A DNA stretch of 64,000 nucleotides from the human T2T-CHM13v2.0 reference genome, Homo sapiens: NCBI RefSeq assembly GCF_009914755.1, contig NC_060948.1, one strand, 5' to 3'. A program made the position numbers and the translations under genes. The notes beneath the pieces were generated by a model, which did no database searches, was not told the DNA's origin, and was given only the letters and a program-made list of their open reading frames with translations. Within the stretch, counting starts at the first letter, position 1; the number at the start of each line of letters is the position of its first letter. Shown here in pieces: positions 1 to 13,326 of the stretch.

Positions 1-3000
1 TTTCTGGCCAAGGAGTTGTGTCATAGGGGGACAAGAAGTCCAACATGAAATCCTATACCTCCCAAATTGCCGAGTTCCCTTACTTGGAAGGGACCTGCTC
101 CAGAAACTGCAGGCACAGATTGCTTTTGGGACACACTAGGATATAACTTTAAACCTAACTCACCCAAAGGTCATGGTGTTAACCCTCATCATTACACAGG
201 CTGAGGAATAAAGAATATACACATAACAGTCACCGGAATTGTCTCAAAAGCCTGGGCTGGAGAAGTTATTTATGCTACCTGGTAAAATTTTTGGACTATG
301 GGCTAAGAATAACCCACTGGGGCTGGCTCTAAATCAGGCACCAGTAATAGTAAAGCTAAAACCGGGAGCAACCACAGTTGAGGTTCTCCAATACCCATTT
401 CCCTGAGAAGACACACAGGGCATTCACAAACATTTAAAGTGACTTTTCAAACACAGAAACTTCGTCTGGCGCCAGTCAACCTGGAACACTCTACTCCTAC
501 CGATACAAAATCCAGGGTCTGGTAAATATAAGCCAGTGCAAAACTTACATGATGTGAACCAGGCTACTGTAACCATCCACCTGGTGGTACCAAACCCATA
601 CACACTAATAGGACTCATTCTGGCAAGTGCTGCCTAATTTACTAGCCTGGACTTAAAGAATATTTTTTTCTGTCTTCACCTGGCACCAGTTAGTCAGCCC
701 ATCTTGGCATTTCAATGGCACGATTCAGTCACAGGCATGGGGGAGGAGCTCACATGGGCTAGACTCCCACAGTCTTTGGAAACACACTGGAATCAGACCT
801 TAAGGCCCACACCCCACCAAATGACAACTGTGCCTTGCTACAATATGTTAACAACCTTCTCCTGGCAGACCCAACGCCAGGGGACTGCTACCAAGGAACC
901 CAAGTCTTTCTCCACCATGTTTATAGAAAACTGGTTATAAGGTATTCAGAAAGAAGGCCCAATTTTGCCAAGAAAGCATAAAAAATCTGGGATTCATAGT
1001 AAGCCAAGGGGAACACTGGCTTAACAGTGAGCAAAAGCAACGTGTTTATGCACTCCCAACTCAGGCCACCCAGTGCCAAATAAGAAAATTCTTGGGGAAA
1101 GCATGGTTCTGCTGTATATGGATCCCAGATTTGTTACTAATGGCCAAGCCCTTACATAAGGGCACAAAGAGGGGGGAAAGGGAACCCCTCCTTTTGGAGG
1201 TTGTCCAGGAGAAGAAGGTGTTTAAACAACCCAAACAAGCCTTAACTAAGGCCCTAGCCATAGGACTGCCAAATATAATCAAGCCTCTCTTCATGAACAA
1301 AAGGGATTGGCTATAGGGGTCCTGAGTCAAGTCATGAAATCATGACATCACCCAGGGGTGTACTTATCGACACAATTGAACTCTGTGGCCCTAGGGTAGC
1401 CTCCTTGGCTTAGGGCACTAACTGCCACCTCCTTATTGGAACAAGAAGCTAAAAAACTGACTCTAAGACAACAACTGACCATCCAGGTACCGCATTCAGT
1501 TCTAACTTTAATGGATTAGACAGGGCACCATTAGTTATCAAGTCCGAGAATGACTCGGTACCAGGTGCTCTTATGCAAAAATTCCCACATAACTTTCAAA
1601 ATAATAAACACCCTTAAGCTGGCTATCTCCTGCTCCCGATTGAACCTGGAGTCCCCTTTCATGACTCTATGGAAACAGTAGACACGGTACTCTGAATCCA
1701 GAGATACCTTACAGAACAACCCCTTTGGAACCCAGATGTTAAATGCTATACATATAGAAGCAGCTTTACACTGAAAGGTGTCCAGCAAGCTGGGTATGCT
1801 GTGATGATATTAGACTCAGTGGTAGAAGCTCAGCCACTGCCCACCAGAATGTCAGCCCAAAAGGCAGAGCTAATAGCCCTAAGGAGACCATTTTGCTAGC
1901 AAAAGGCGAAATGGTCAATGTTTATACAGATTCCAAATATACGTTTGCCACGTTGCATGACAATGGGGCTATATATAAAGAAAAAGGACTCTTAATGGCT
2001 GTAGGCAAAAAAATAAAGTACAAAGAAAAAATTCTGCAACTCTTAGATGCTGTATGTGCTTCGAAGAAGATGGCTGTTATGCACTGCAGGGGGCACCAAA
2101 AGGCAGGAACACTGGAGGCCAAAAAGAACAAAAAGATAGACAGAGAGGCAAGAGGGGCAGCAATGACTACCCTTCAGTTTAAGAAGAAAGCCATAGCTAT
2201 GCCTCTACTTCCAAAGCCTCTCCTCTCGGAGGTTTCAAGTTACCTCCAAATGAGAAGCCCTGCTTTGCCCAAGAGTCTGGAAAATATATAAAATGTTATG
2301 GTGAAAATTCTCCAACAGGAGGCTAGCCAACCATGAAACAGTGGCTCTAAAATTTGTAAGACAATTCTATCAAGGAACCCATATGGGTAAAACGTCACTG
2401 AAAACACTATTAGGACACCATGTTTATGTGCTGCGGCTGCCTGCCATCACTTGATCCATCTGCAAACAATGTCTAACTTGTGCCCAGAACAAGCTATGAC
2501 AAGGGCCCACTAGGCCCCTGGGAATTCAGGAAACGGGAGCCACACCCTGTGAAAAACTTCTTATAAACTTCACCAAACTGCCCCAATCAGGGGACTATCA
2601 GTACCTACTGGGGCTTGTCTGTACCTTTTTGGGATGGTTTGAGGCTTTCCACACCCCAACAGAGAAATCAGGAGAAGTAACTGAAGTACGGTTAAGAGAT
2701 ATTATCCCCAGATTTAGACTGCCTCTAACTCTGAGGTCAGAAAATGGGCTGGAATTTACAGCTGAGATAATTCAGGGACTAACATGGCTGTTAAAAATAA
2801 AATGGAAACTAAACACAGTCTACCTGTGACAAAGCTCAGAAAAAGTAGGATACATGAACTAGACACTCAAACAGCTTCTAAAAAATATTGCCAAGAAACC
2901 CATCTGGAATGGAATCAAGTCCTGCCCATGGTGCTCCTCTGAGTCAGGTATACCCCCACAAAACAAACTGGATATTTGTCCTATGGAATCTTCTGCCGGC

Positions 3001-5735
3001 CACCCCCAATCATAGCTCAAATTAGGGGTGACATTTGTGAACTAGGGAAATTAACTTTAAGAAGGCAAATGCAGGCCTTAAAGACAGCCATGCAAGTGGT
3101 CCATGGCTGAGTATGGGAAAAACTGCCCATAAGCCTAGCAAAACCAGCATACTCCTTTAGACCTGGGGCTTCTGTGCACATAAGAAATAAAATCCAACCA
3201 CTTTAGGACCCACATGGGATGGGCCCTATACTCTAACCTTGTCCACTTCCACGGCAGTTAAAGTTGCAGAAACTGTGCGCTGGATCCTCCACAGTCAGTT
3301 AAAACTGGCAGCCAACATGACCCAGATCACTGGAGCCAGTTAATCCTGTGACAGGACCAAGTTGCCATGAGAAATGATGACAGCCCTGCTCTGGTCACTC
3401 CAAAAGCTGACCAGTCTCTGCTCAGCTAAAATCTGAGGAGTCAACAGCCCTGCTCTAGTCATCCTGGAAGTTGACTAGTCTACGTACGGTCAAAGCTGGA
3501 GTAAAATAATAATAAAATAATGATTAAAATCTTAAATCAAATCGTTGTTTTACTATCGTTCTGTCACTTTCTTCAAACTCCTCCGCTGGGTAAAAACCTC
3601 TTCTTTTCCTCTTGGATATAAACATGTTACTCTTTACTTAGTTCCTACTCCAGGCACAGGGATAACTAAGCCCACTTCTTTCCCTCCTAACTGTAATACT
3701 CCCCTTATTTGTGTCAGAAAAGGAGACCATAGAAGAGTGCCCCCACTACACTCACAATACTCAGTCAGGGAGCACCATAACCAAAACCCTGTTATACCAC
3801 ATTTATCAAAAGTAGACAGGGACCCACCTAGGAACTTGTACTCACAACCAGACAACTTACTCAGTCTGTGACCCAGGAAACGGCCAGCGTTATGTATGTT
3901 ATAACCCAAAATTCCTACCTGGGACCTCTTTTAAAGTTTATGGGTCAAAAGAAGGAAACCTGCCACACCAAACCAAGGCCTCACCCTCCCACAGGGGAGT
4001 TATGTCCTTATCTTTTAATATGTGCCAGTTAACATTGATGGGCACAACCTTTCCCATAATCTCCAATTCTGAAGAGCACCGTAATAGTTGTCACAAAAAT
4101 ATATGTGCACCCCTTGCTTGCTTTGCCAATTTCTCAGACAACTTGCTGGAACTGCATAATTCAGTCCTCTAACCTGCAATCGCCGGGGCCAGTCATACTT
4201 ACCAAAATACCTGAACAAAAAATTGTAAGACAAGCTGTTGCAATCTTGTAAATCTCACCATCTTAAACCGGATCTGCCCATATGGAATGCAGGTTTAAAG
4301 ACTCTGCTGGAAATACAAGGTAGTGGCCAGAAAACAGACTCAGAAGTCTATTGATATATTATCAAGAAATCTTGGATACATTCCACCCAAAAACTCCAAG
4401 TTTATAAGTCATTCCTTAAAAATATCAACCAGAAAATATTTGAGCCCTCTCCCTTAACCACAATCCCGTTTGCTTAATTGGCTGAAAACATAGCCGGCAG
4501 CCTACATAACTCCTCATGCTATGCTTGACGGGGCACCAATGGCCATGGGAGGCAAGAAAGCTAATGCCCCAAAATAACTTCACTCGTACTGTCTCTTCCC
4601 CCGAACCTGTGTTCACAAGCAAGAGCATCTGGTTCTTAAAGACCTCCATTATCAGAAAATTCTGCATTGCTCGTCGGAGAAACACATTTACAGACCCAGC
4701 AGGAAAGTCAACTTGCCTAGAACAATATTACACTAAAACACTAAGAAACACTGTCTGTTGGAGTAAAAATAATTCCAAACCACCCCAACCAAGCCCATTT
4801 TCCTGATTCCCTTCTCTAAACCATTGTTTGTACCAACTTAAAGCTCCCAATACCTGGCAGGTGCCCACTGGCCTCTATAGTATCTGTGGGCCATAGGCAT
4901 ATTGGCCGTTGCTGGCTAAATGGTCAGGGGCCTGGGTACCAGGAACAATTAGGCTGTCTTCTTTCTAATCCCCTTGGAACAGGGAGAATCTTTAGGATAC
5001 CCAGTCTATGATAAAACAAATACAAAACAAACAAAAATTCAAAAGACATAACCATAAGAAATCGGTAAAACAATAAATGGTCCCCTACAAAAAAAAAAAA
5101 ATCGAATACCATGGCCCAGCCACCCAGGCAGAAAATGGAATGTGGTGATAGTGCATCCCTATTTTCATGCTCTACCACCTCATAAGGTTACAGGTGGTGC
5201 TGAAAATTATTATTAATAATACTGCAAATGCCCTAAATCTGCTGGCCCAACAAGCCACAAAAATGAAGAATGCTACTCATCAAAATCGACTGGCCTTAAA
5301 CTACCTCCTAGTCCAGGAAGGAGGGGCATGTGGAAAGTTCAGTCTAAAAAATTGCTGCTTAGAAATTAATATCAAATTAAAGGTCATCAAGAATATAACT
5401 GCCAAAATCCCAAAACTGGCCCATGTTACAGCCCAGACCTGGAAAGGATAGTCTCCAGTTTTCCTATTCAGGGTCTCGTTTTCATCCCTTGAAGAATTTA
5501 AGACCTTAGCAAAAATAGTTCTAGCCATACTAGGATTCTCCCTTGCTCTCTCTTGTCTCTGACCTTCCTTGTTAGAAACATTCAAGCAGCCATGGAGGCC
5601 ATGCACGACCGCTCAACTAATGGCTCTAACTAAATACCAACCACTGACAAATAGGGAACTGCCCCACCTTGAAGAATTAAATGGTGATTATATTCTCTAT
5701 TAAACCTCATTTAAGAAAAGCATCAAAGGTGGAAA
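1..5735 (+). mobile_element. Internal region (pro-pol-env, 5' part outside window) of a defective class I ERV3/HERV-R-like provirus
   Basis: Protease tail PNCRVPLLGRDLLQKL (~61-110); RT motifs WNT-LLP, LPQ and QYVNNLL (degenerate YVDD, 844-855); RNase H VNVYTDSKY..HCRGHQK (ORF 1893-2291); integrase WFEAF/IIPRF/SENG (ORF 2629-2829); many stops and frameshifts. Confidence 0.93.
3612..5700 (+). pseudogene. Disrupted ERV3-like env
   Basis: SU segment [35 protein letters not shown] and TM segment [41 protein letters not shown] closely resemble recalled ERV3-1 Env (ISD and CX6CC motif present). Confidence 0.88.
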
Positions 5736-6322
5736 TGAATTGGGGAATGCTAAAAAACAACACCACACACACACAAAAAATTTTCTCTGTACTGAGGTGA
5801 CTCACTCCAACACCCAGTGATAAGCCAGAACCTGTTGGGGCTCTAATAGCACTATTAGCAGAGCTAGGGCCTGGAAAGAATGGATTTGAGAAGCAGGAAT
5901 GAGAAAAACAAGTTCTTCTTATCAATTTCCCCTCTTTAGAACTCTCATGCCACACCAATATTCTTTGTGCTGCTCTCACAGCTATTTTTATAACCACTTC
6001 TGGAGGTTTACAAACATTTTGAAAGTTGCTGTTGTTTTTCTATCCAAGTATTATTGCAAAGGTCATGAGACATGCGTGAGTTACAACACCTGTCACTTTC
6101 TTTAAAAAAGTGTCTTTGTTCTGCTTCTATAAGCTTGCTTGCCCATCCTGCAGATTTCATGCCACTAGCTGGCCAACCCTCTTTGGGTGCTTGTGTTAAA
6201 AGTCAAGCCCTGTCTTTGTTCAGGGCTCAGCCTTTAAATGCTATTCCACTAAGTCAAGCTACATCCAATAAAATCCTCCTGTTCCACTCATTGGTCTCTC
6301 CTGTTCCTTAATTCCCACAACA
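5736..6322 (+). mobile_element. 3' LTR of the ERV3-like provirus
   Basis: Follows purine-rich PPT-like AAAGGTGGAAA; TG...CA termini; TATAA at 6128-6132; AATAAA at 6267-6272. Confidence 0.8.
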
Positions 6323-6945
6323 GTAGGAGATTTGTCCTTTATTCTAGGGATGAGCAAACAGCCAGGCCCTTTTCTTCTGGCACCATAGTGTTACTCTTCA
6401 AATATGAAAGCTGTTTTCACAAGTAAGGCCACCTCTTCATCCCTCCCAAATGTTGGAAATACATCATCTTACAAACATTTCCAAACATCTGGTTAGCAGT
6501 TTTCTGGTTAAAGTCATGGCTTTCAGAAACATACAGAATTACTTAAAGAGGCAAGGGGTTTTGAGAAGTTTGATTTTGCTGATTCAAGAGTAAATGTGCT
6601 CTGGAAAGCACTCTGTAAGTCCTCATCTAGAGCCTGTCTCTGCTGGGCAGTTTCCTTGGGGCTGATCATATGACAGTGAATCAAACCAAACTCGTTTCAT
6701 CCTGAATTTCTAGCCACTGAGGCAGATGATCAGTAAGCTATTACTCAGTACTGCAGCAGGGGTGGGCTGAAGCAGGTGAGTAGGGGCCATGGCCACAAGA
6801 GGGAGTTTCTGACAGGCAGCCATTTGTCACAGACCTGGGAAAGGGAGTAAAAAGAACACAATAAGATGAGGGAATTCAACTGAATAACTTGGTGTTCTGC
6901 CTCTGAGATGGAATGTCGATTATAATATTGGCTTTAAAAATTATT

Positions 6946-7250
6946 GACTGGGCTCGTTGGCTCACGTCTGTAACCCCAGCACTTTGGGATGCTGAGGCAA
7001 GTGGATCATGAGGGCAGGAGATCAAGACCATCCTGGTTAACATGGTTGAAACCAGATCTCCACTAAAAAAAAACAAAAATTAGCCAAGCGTGGTGGCATG
7101 CACCTGTAGTGCCAGCTACTTGGGAGGCTGAAGCAGAAGCATCACTTGAACCCAGGAGGCAGAGGTTGCATTGAGCTGACCACTCAACTGTACTCCAGCC
7201 TGGGCAAGTTGGTGAGAGTCCATCTAAAAAAAAATAAGAATAATAAAAAT
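6946..7250 (+). mobile_element. Alu
   Basis: Two-arm Alu pattern (GGCTCACGTCTGTAACCCCAGCACTTTGGG..., A-rich linker, A-rich tail). Confidence 0.92.
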
Positions 7251-9315
7251 AATTTATTAAACAGCATAGTGAGTAGCATTGGTGTTATTGAGAAATTTTT
7301 ATATTCCTCATTTCACTTGTTCATCTGGGCTCAAAGGAAATTGAAAAGTCTGAAATTTACTGTTTCTGATATAAGGTGCCCAATGGACGTACTTCATTTC
7401 TTTCCGTTGTGTCCAAAGATCCTTCAGTATTCCACTGTGTAGTTACAAAATATACACCAGAGCAAAGAAGTAGTTTTTCTTCCTCTTTCTTTCTTAACAA
7501 AGAGGTGCTTAAATAACATTGCTATCTTGAAATTACTATTCCATATAAGAAAGAAACCTCATTTATGAGTAACTTTTTTCTTCTTGTTCTTCTAGCACAG
7601 AGGATGTTACATTTCTGCCTGTGGAAATGATCAACTGTCTCTTCAGTTATTTTAATTTTATGAGAAGGATTGAGAAGAGATGGCAGGTGTAGATAGAGTA
7701 GATAGAGAAAAAACTGTGTTGCTTTTCTCCTATTTTTGAAACTAACTCAGTCCCTGTTGATGACTTTAGAACAAGGTGAGCAAAAAGTTCAGAGTCCTAT
7801 GGTGAACCTATATATTTTTCTGCTTATTTGCATTGCTAACTTACCAAAAAAAAAAAAAATAGGTTATGGCTAGAACCAGAAGAGAAAGGTCAGCATAGTT
7901 GTCTCTGAGAATGAGGTCTATTTAAATATTTGAGATGTAGGGACCCATGCCAAGATGCAGAGGGAAAAGACAATTTGTTAAAATATGGGCCTTCCCTGGA
8001 AAAAATAGAAGTAGGAGAAACAAATATGTGTATATTTTCAAGAAGCAGGTACAAGATATTGTGCAAGTAAGGTGCTGGAGTGGTTACTTTTCAATTCAGA
8101 AATAAGGAGGAGATGAAATTTCATTTGGGTCTCCAACAGCATATCAGGCTTTATGACAGAATGAGAGTGCCACAGGTTGAGGAGACAGTGAAGGCAAATG
8201 CCAAGCAAGGAAGATACAGCCATAGCCCAGCCCCAGCAAGCAGGTTGGTACAGATGAAACATTTCTAGTACAACGTTGGTGGTGTTGTGGGAAATCAATC
8301 TGGAAAGAAAAAGGCAGATTATCAGAGCCCAGAATACCAAGGCATTGGACTCTGCCAGAACGGAGACACTGCACATGAGATACATATCTTCCCTTCAGGG
8401 AATGCCTAGTGCAGATGACCACAGGTATCTGGCAGGCAGAGACTGAATTCACAGAGAGCCTTGACAGGGCTGTTTCAGTATTCCAGGCAGATGATGAGGA
8501 AGACCCCTCTTGCAGCCACAGGACAGGGAGTGGGAATGTGCCAGCGCTGGTTACTGGGTGGATGGAAGATAGAGCGTGAGCGAAGAACTGGGATAATCAC
8601 TCCTGTGATGAAGCTGGTGCTGTGGAGTTTCTGCATGTGTTTGGAGGGAAACTATCAGAAATGTGGATGTGAGGCTATGTATAGAGATCAGGAGTAGAAT
8701 AAAAGTTATGGAAAGGGTCCACATCCGAGTAATTGCTAAAACCCTAGGAGGGGCCGCCGTCCACTTGCAGGACTCCGTTTCAAAACAAAACAAAACAAAA
8801 CAAAAAACAAAAAACATAAACAAAAGCCAATTAAACAAAAAACGGAGCTTAAACAAGAGGTTGTCAACGTCAGATAGCAGGCAGTAGAAGAAACCAAGGG
8901 TGGAGGTGGCTTCCATTCCAAGGTTGCTTACAGGGACATACACCGCCTCCCTCCTTCCTCTGCACCTCTGCTTCCCTTCTGTGTTCTGATTCTGGCTTAG
9001 CAGATACATTTCTCTGTCCAGTTAACACACATTCTAAGTCTTGCTTGAATTACACCAACATATGATGTTCCCAAGACTCCTGGTTAATTCAAATCTAAAG
9101 CACAGGCCACTTGAAGGAAATTAATCGCTTCCTTCATTGAGATGACCTATTTGCCTTCTGTTGATGATAGCAATGACTTCAATTTTAAAAATCAGTTCAC
9201 TGACATACATGCTGTAATTTAAAAATTGCGATTATATTACGGCCTTTTTAAACACTTAAAATATTTTACAAATGTATTTGTGTATTTCCTGCTTTGGTGC
9301 CCATGTGTTTTAAAG

Positions 9316-9482
9316 AGGATGATTCAGGAATAAGTGAACACTGAAAAAATGAATTAGATTTAAAAAATGAATTAAGAATGAGTAATGAAGAAACCAAAGA
9401 CAAATGTGCTCACTGTGAAAATTCCTTAGAGAAATACATAAAAATCATTCAGTGGAAGCAAGACCAGGAGTCAACAGATAAG
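9316..9482 (+). pseudogene. OFD1P: OFD1-derived unprocessed pseudogene exon (near C-terminus)
   Basis: Encodes [35 protein letters not shown] vs recalled OFD1 [35 protein letters not shown]; acceptor AG at 9314-9315; stops/frameshift in 5' part; donor reads TT instead of GT. Confidence 0.85.
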
Positions 9483-10018
9483 TTGCCAATGCCCATGGAC
9501 AGGGGAATCTGTGGGTGGAAGACATCCAGGGCTTCTGTGGTTTATTTTAACTGCTTGCAATGGGTATCTTTCTTCCCCATTGAAGACAAGAAGGTAAAAA
9601 GGCATTAAAAATCCAAAGTTTATATGGATCCTTGCGTCTTTCAAATGTTTCACTCTTTTGAGAAAAATTTATAGTTTTTTGCTTAAGATAAAATATTTAA
9701 GAGATTTTGATTTGTCAAAGTTTGTAAAGGTTGAGATGACTTACTATTTTAGGAGTAAGAAAGAAAAGACTTATCATCATATAACAAGTACATGAGTACT
9801 GACATTAATATTTTATGTAAGTCTGAAGTATCCTGGTGTTAAAAGCATACCTGATGGTTTATTTTGATGTACTTGCTAAATTTTATTTTTAGAAGTCACC
9901 ACAGTTTTTAGGCTTTTAAATTACATATATGTTCCAATAATGGTTCTTAGGGCAATGTATTTTATAAAATTAATGCATACCTAATTTCAAAATCATTCCC
10001 TTTCCCCCATGTAATCAG

Positions 10019-10085
10019 TGCTCAAGAAGGATGGTCCAAGAATTCTCCCTGCAGGCATGCTTCAATCTAGTGACAAAGTCAAAAT
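10019..10085 (+). pseudogene. OFD1P: OFD1-derived pseudogene, penultimate exon
   Basis: cag|TGCTCAAGAAGGATGGTCCAAGAATTCTCCCTGCAGGCATGCTTCAATCTAGTGACAAAGTCAAAAT|gtacc resembles OFD1 [23 protein letters not shown] with a frameshift; AG/GT retained. Confidence 0.8.
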
Positions 10086-10983
10086 GTACCTGGTTTCCCA
10101 ACACAGCGTGTTCCATACACAAACCCTGAATGGTTCCTTTAGTCAGCCAAGAGAAACTATTAGAAATTTGCATTAAAGAATTTATTGATTCATTAAGAAT
10201 TACTGACTATAAAACCTGTAAGCTAAGGCAGAAACTCCCCAGGGAAGAAACTGAGAACATTATGAAGATACCAAATAAACCTGAAACAAAATTTTTGATT
10301 TTTTTCTATCATAACTGTGGTCTTTCCCTTAATAATTTAACAGGTTAAATAAAATCCTGAGTAACATATTTAGCTCTGCTACTCTAGAGAGTAACTGTTA
10401 GAACTAGGTTTCTTTATATTCCTGAGTAAATCTTTCCATCAACTTTTGTACCATCCATTTGAAAAATAAGCAACTGCACAGGGGCCCTTGTTTTGTACTT
10501 TGCCCAAGTTTCAGCCTTGTTAATCTTACAGGTAGATGGATTTAATTTGCTACAAAACTGGTCAGAAAACTTTTAACTTTATACAGATAACTACAAAGTG
10601 CTAGTGGCAATTTTATGCCCAATACTGCACCAGTGAATTATAATATTTTCTTAAATTGCTGAAGAGATTTTTGCCAGAAATAAAACAAGTAGCATTCACA
10701 GACTTGATTTTATAACAATGTGAAATCTTTGTTATGCACATTATTCAAATGTGACACCATACTGAGGACAAAAAAAAAAAAATGATAGGATTTATTATAT
10801 GGTAAAAACACAAGTAAATGAAGCTAACATTCTATTTCATTACTCTTAATACATCCACAACTATTCCCACCTAAATATATCTTTAAAATAAGTATGCATA
10901 AGTATCGACCATTATCTACAAATATTTATTGTAACACTTGATTGGAACTTCAAGAAGCCCTTGGCACTGATTGAAAATATTTT

Positions 10984-11276
10984 CTTTTTTTCTTATTTTA
11001 TTTATTTATTTATTTTTTAGACAGAGTCTCACTCTGTTGCCCAGACTGGAGTGCATTGGTGGGATCTCAGCTCATTGCAAGCCCGCCTCCTGGGTTCCTC
11101 CCATTCTCTGGCCTCAACCTTTGGAGTAACTGGGACTATAGGGGCCCACTACCATGCCTGGCTCATTTTTTAACTTTTTAGTAGGAACTGGGTTTTACCG
11201 TGTTCGCCAGGATGGTCTCGATCTCCTGACCTCATGACCCATGCACCTCAGCCTCCCAAAAATGCTGGGATTCAAG
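10984..11276 (-). mobile_element. Alu
   Basis: T-rich tail then AGACAGAGTCTCACTCTGTTGCCCAG...GCTGGGATT antisense Alu pattern. Confidence 0.9.
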
Positions 11277-11892
11277 GATTGAAAATGTTGATTCACTTTT
11301 AGATGTTGAAAATTTATACATAGCACGATTTCATGCTCTTTACATAAAAATGTCAGACTACTTAAACAAAACTTTCAAAAATTCCTGTAGCTACCAGAAT
11401 TAGAAAAGTAAAATTAGGGTGGAGACACTGCCTCTTCTAGAACACTGGACTCTGATGTACCACGACTGCTGGAAAAAAAAAAAAAAAGTTAAATCTGTCA
11501 TGCAACAGGAAACAAAACACTGAAATATTTTGAAATAGCCGTCCTACACAGAAGACAGCTTCTCCCAATTTTAAAAAAAACACCCCAAATAGGCGTTTTT
11601 ATGGAGTAATCAAAAAAAAAAACCCTCAACTGATATATGATACTTGATGTTCAAGTTTAATAGCACCCTGATAAAGGTATGCTTCCTTCCTCAATTTTGA
11701 ATATATTTCTGCACATGTATACTATAAAATACAGGAAACAGTCAAATCGTGTTAATTCTTAACATGAATATACATAGTTAATCCTAAATTAAGCAGCCCA
11801 TTTAAAAGCACTGATGTACCCAACAGTTACATACATTATTTCATAATGAAAAACACAAAGATTACCATCACTAATACCCAGTACCTCCTGCA

Positions 11893-12076
11893 TCAGCCTT
11901 CCGAGTAGATGGGACTACAGGCCACTGCCACCACGCCCGGCTAACTCTTTGTATTTTTAGTAGAGATGGGGTTTCACCGTGTTAGCCAGGATGGTCTCGA
12001 TCTCCTGACCTCCTGATCTGCCTGCCTCCACCTCACAAAGCGCTGGGATTACAGGTGTGAGCCTCCATGCCCAGCC
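11893..12076 (-). mobile_element. Alu, partial
   Basis: TCAGCCTTCCGAGTAGATGGGACTACAGG...GTGAGCCTCCATGCCCAGCC. Confidence 0.88.
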
Positions 12077-13326
12077 ACAAGTAATTAAATTTAAATTGAA
12101 AGGTGACATTTCAAATGTATTATTATCACCCTGCACCTGGCAAACTTACTTACAGATCTACTTAGGAAAGTACTTATTCTTGCTATATTTGTGTGGAATC
12201 TACTGCATAAGAAACAAACAAAAAAAAAATTGAGTTCCTATAATATATGGTTCATGAACCTTCATATATGGTTCACTTTTCAAAAATGTATAATTGTCTA
12301 TTTTAAAAATTTATTTTTGTCCTCCTACCACCTGTTTTTGCTTTTAGATTCCATTTCTTCATCTCAGAGAACACCTAAACTTACTCATTTTTTATTCAAC
12401 TTTTTATCCTTGGGTACGACCCTTAAGTGTGTCTTCCCTGGCTACCTCCTAGGACGTGGAACATCCATCAGTGAATTGTTAATGTTGTCTGTGAAGTGGT
12501 AAAGCGATCTTTAGTTCTTGAGTGTAAAGTGATACTTATGGGGGGAGTTTTATGTTAATCTTTTCAGGATTTTAGGAACTTAATTGTGCAATCTAGTATT
12601 TTATACCAGTTTCTGCTTTGGGGGTAGTTATATTATGTAGGTAACATGAAAAATCTAACCTCAGTCTTGCATATCCCACAGGATAGAGGTTGAGATAAAA
12701 ATCTTTTCTCATCAATTTCAATAAAAAACCGCATTCTGTGTTAGATCCTGCTATCTGCAGGACATGATGTTCTGTACTGACTTAAATATTTTACTTAAAT
12801 GTCTGAACCACACTTTTTTTCACCAAGTATTTAGGCAGGGAGCCCAACCCCGCTGAACACAGAAATGGTCTCTTTCCTGGGAATATATCTAAATTTACTG
12901 CTCTGTTGACTGTTTCAATGAACGACCAAGTTTAATCTCAAACTAATATTGCTAAAGTCCAAACCTCAGAGCTGTTTCTTTTCTTGATAGTCAGTGTGAT
13001 TTTTTAAAATTTGTCATACAGTTATAATCTCTGGCTTTCATAAGAGTTGCTTTTGCAACTTTTAACTTTGCTCCAGTGAACTAGACATAAGTGCTTGATT
13101 TCTATTAAATCATTTGCCACTTAACAAATAAAACCTCTCAGAAAGGTATTTTTACTATAACCCTTCTGCAGTTGAGGAAGTACATATTTTTGATTACATT
13201 TTCTGGAAGCCTTGCCAACTTTATTTCATTTCCAAGTGTAGGAGAGGTATTTTATCATTTCTTCATTGATCTATATTATTAATATGCTATAAATCATTGG
13301 CTAGTTTACATATATTATAACAAATT

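Noticed and set aside
7597-7687. Exon-like segment bounded by ttctag| and |gt upstream of the OFD1 exons
   Set aside because: No translation matched OFD1 or any protein I recognise.
8038-9009. Cluster of 60-150 aa ORFs on both strands
   Set aside because: No recognisable domains; several run through a (CAAAA)n tract, so they are probably chance ORFs in intronic sequence.
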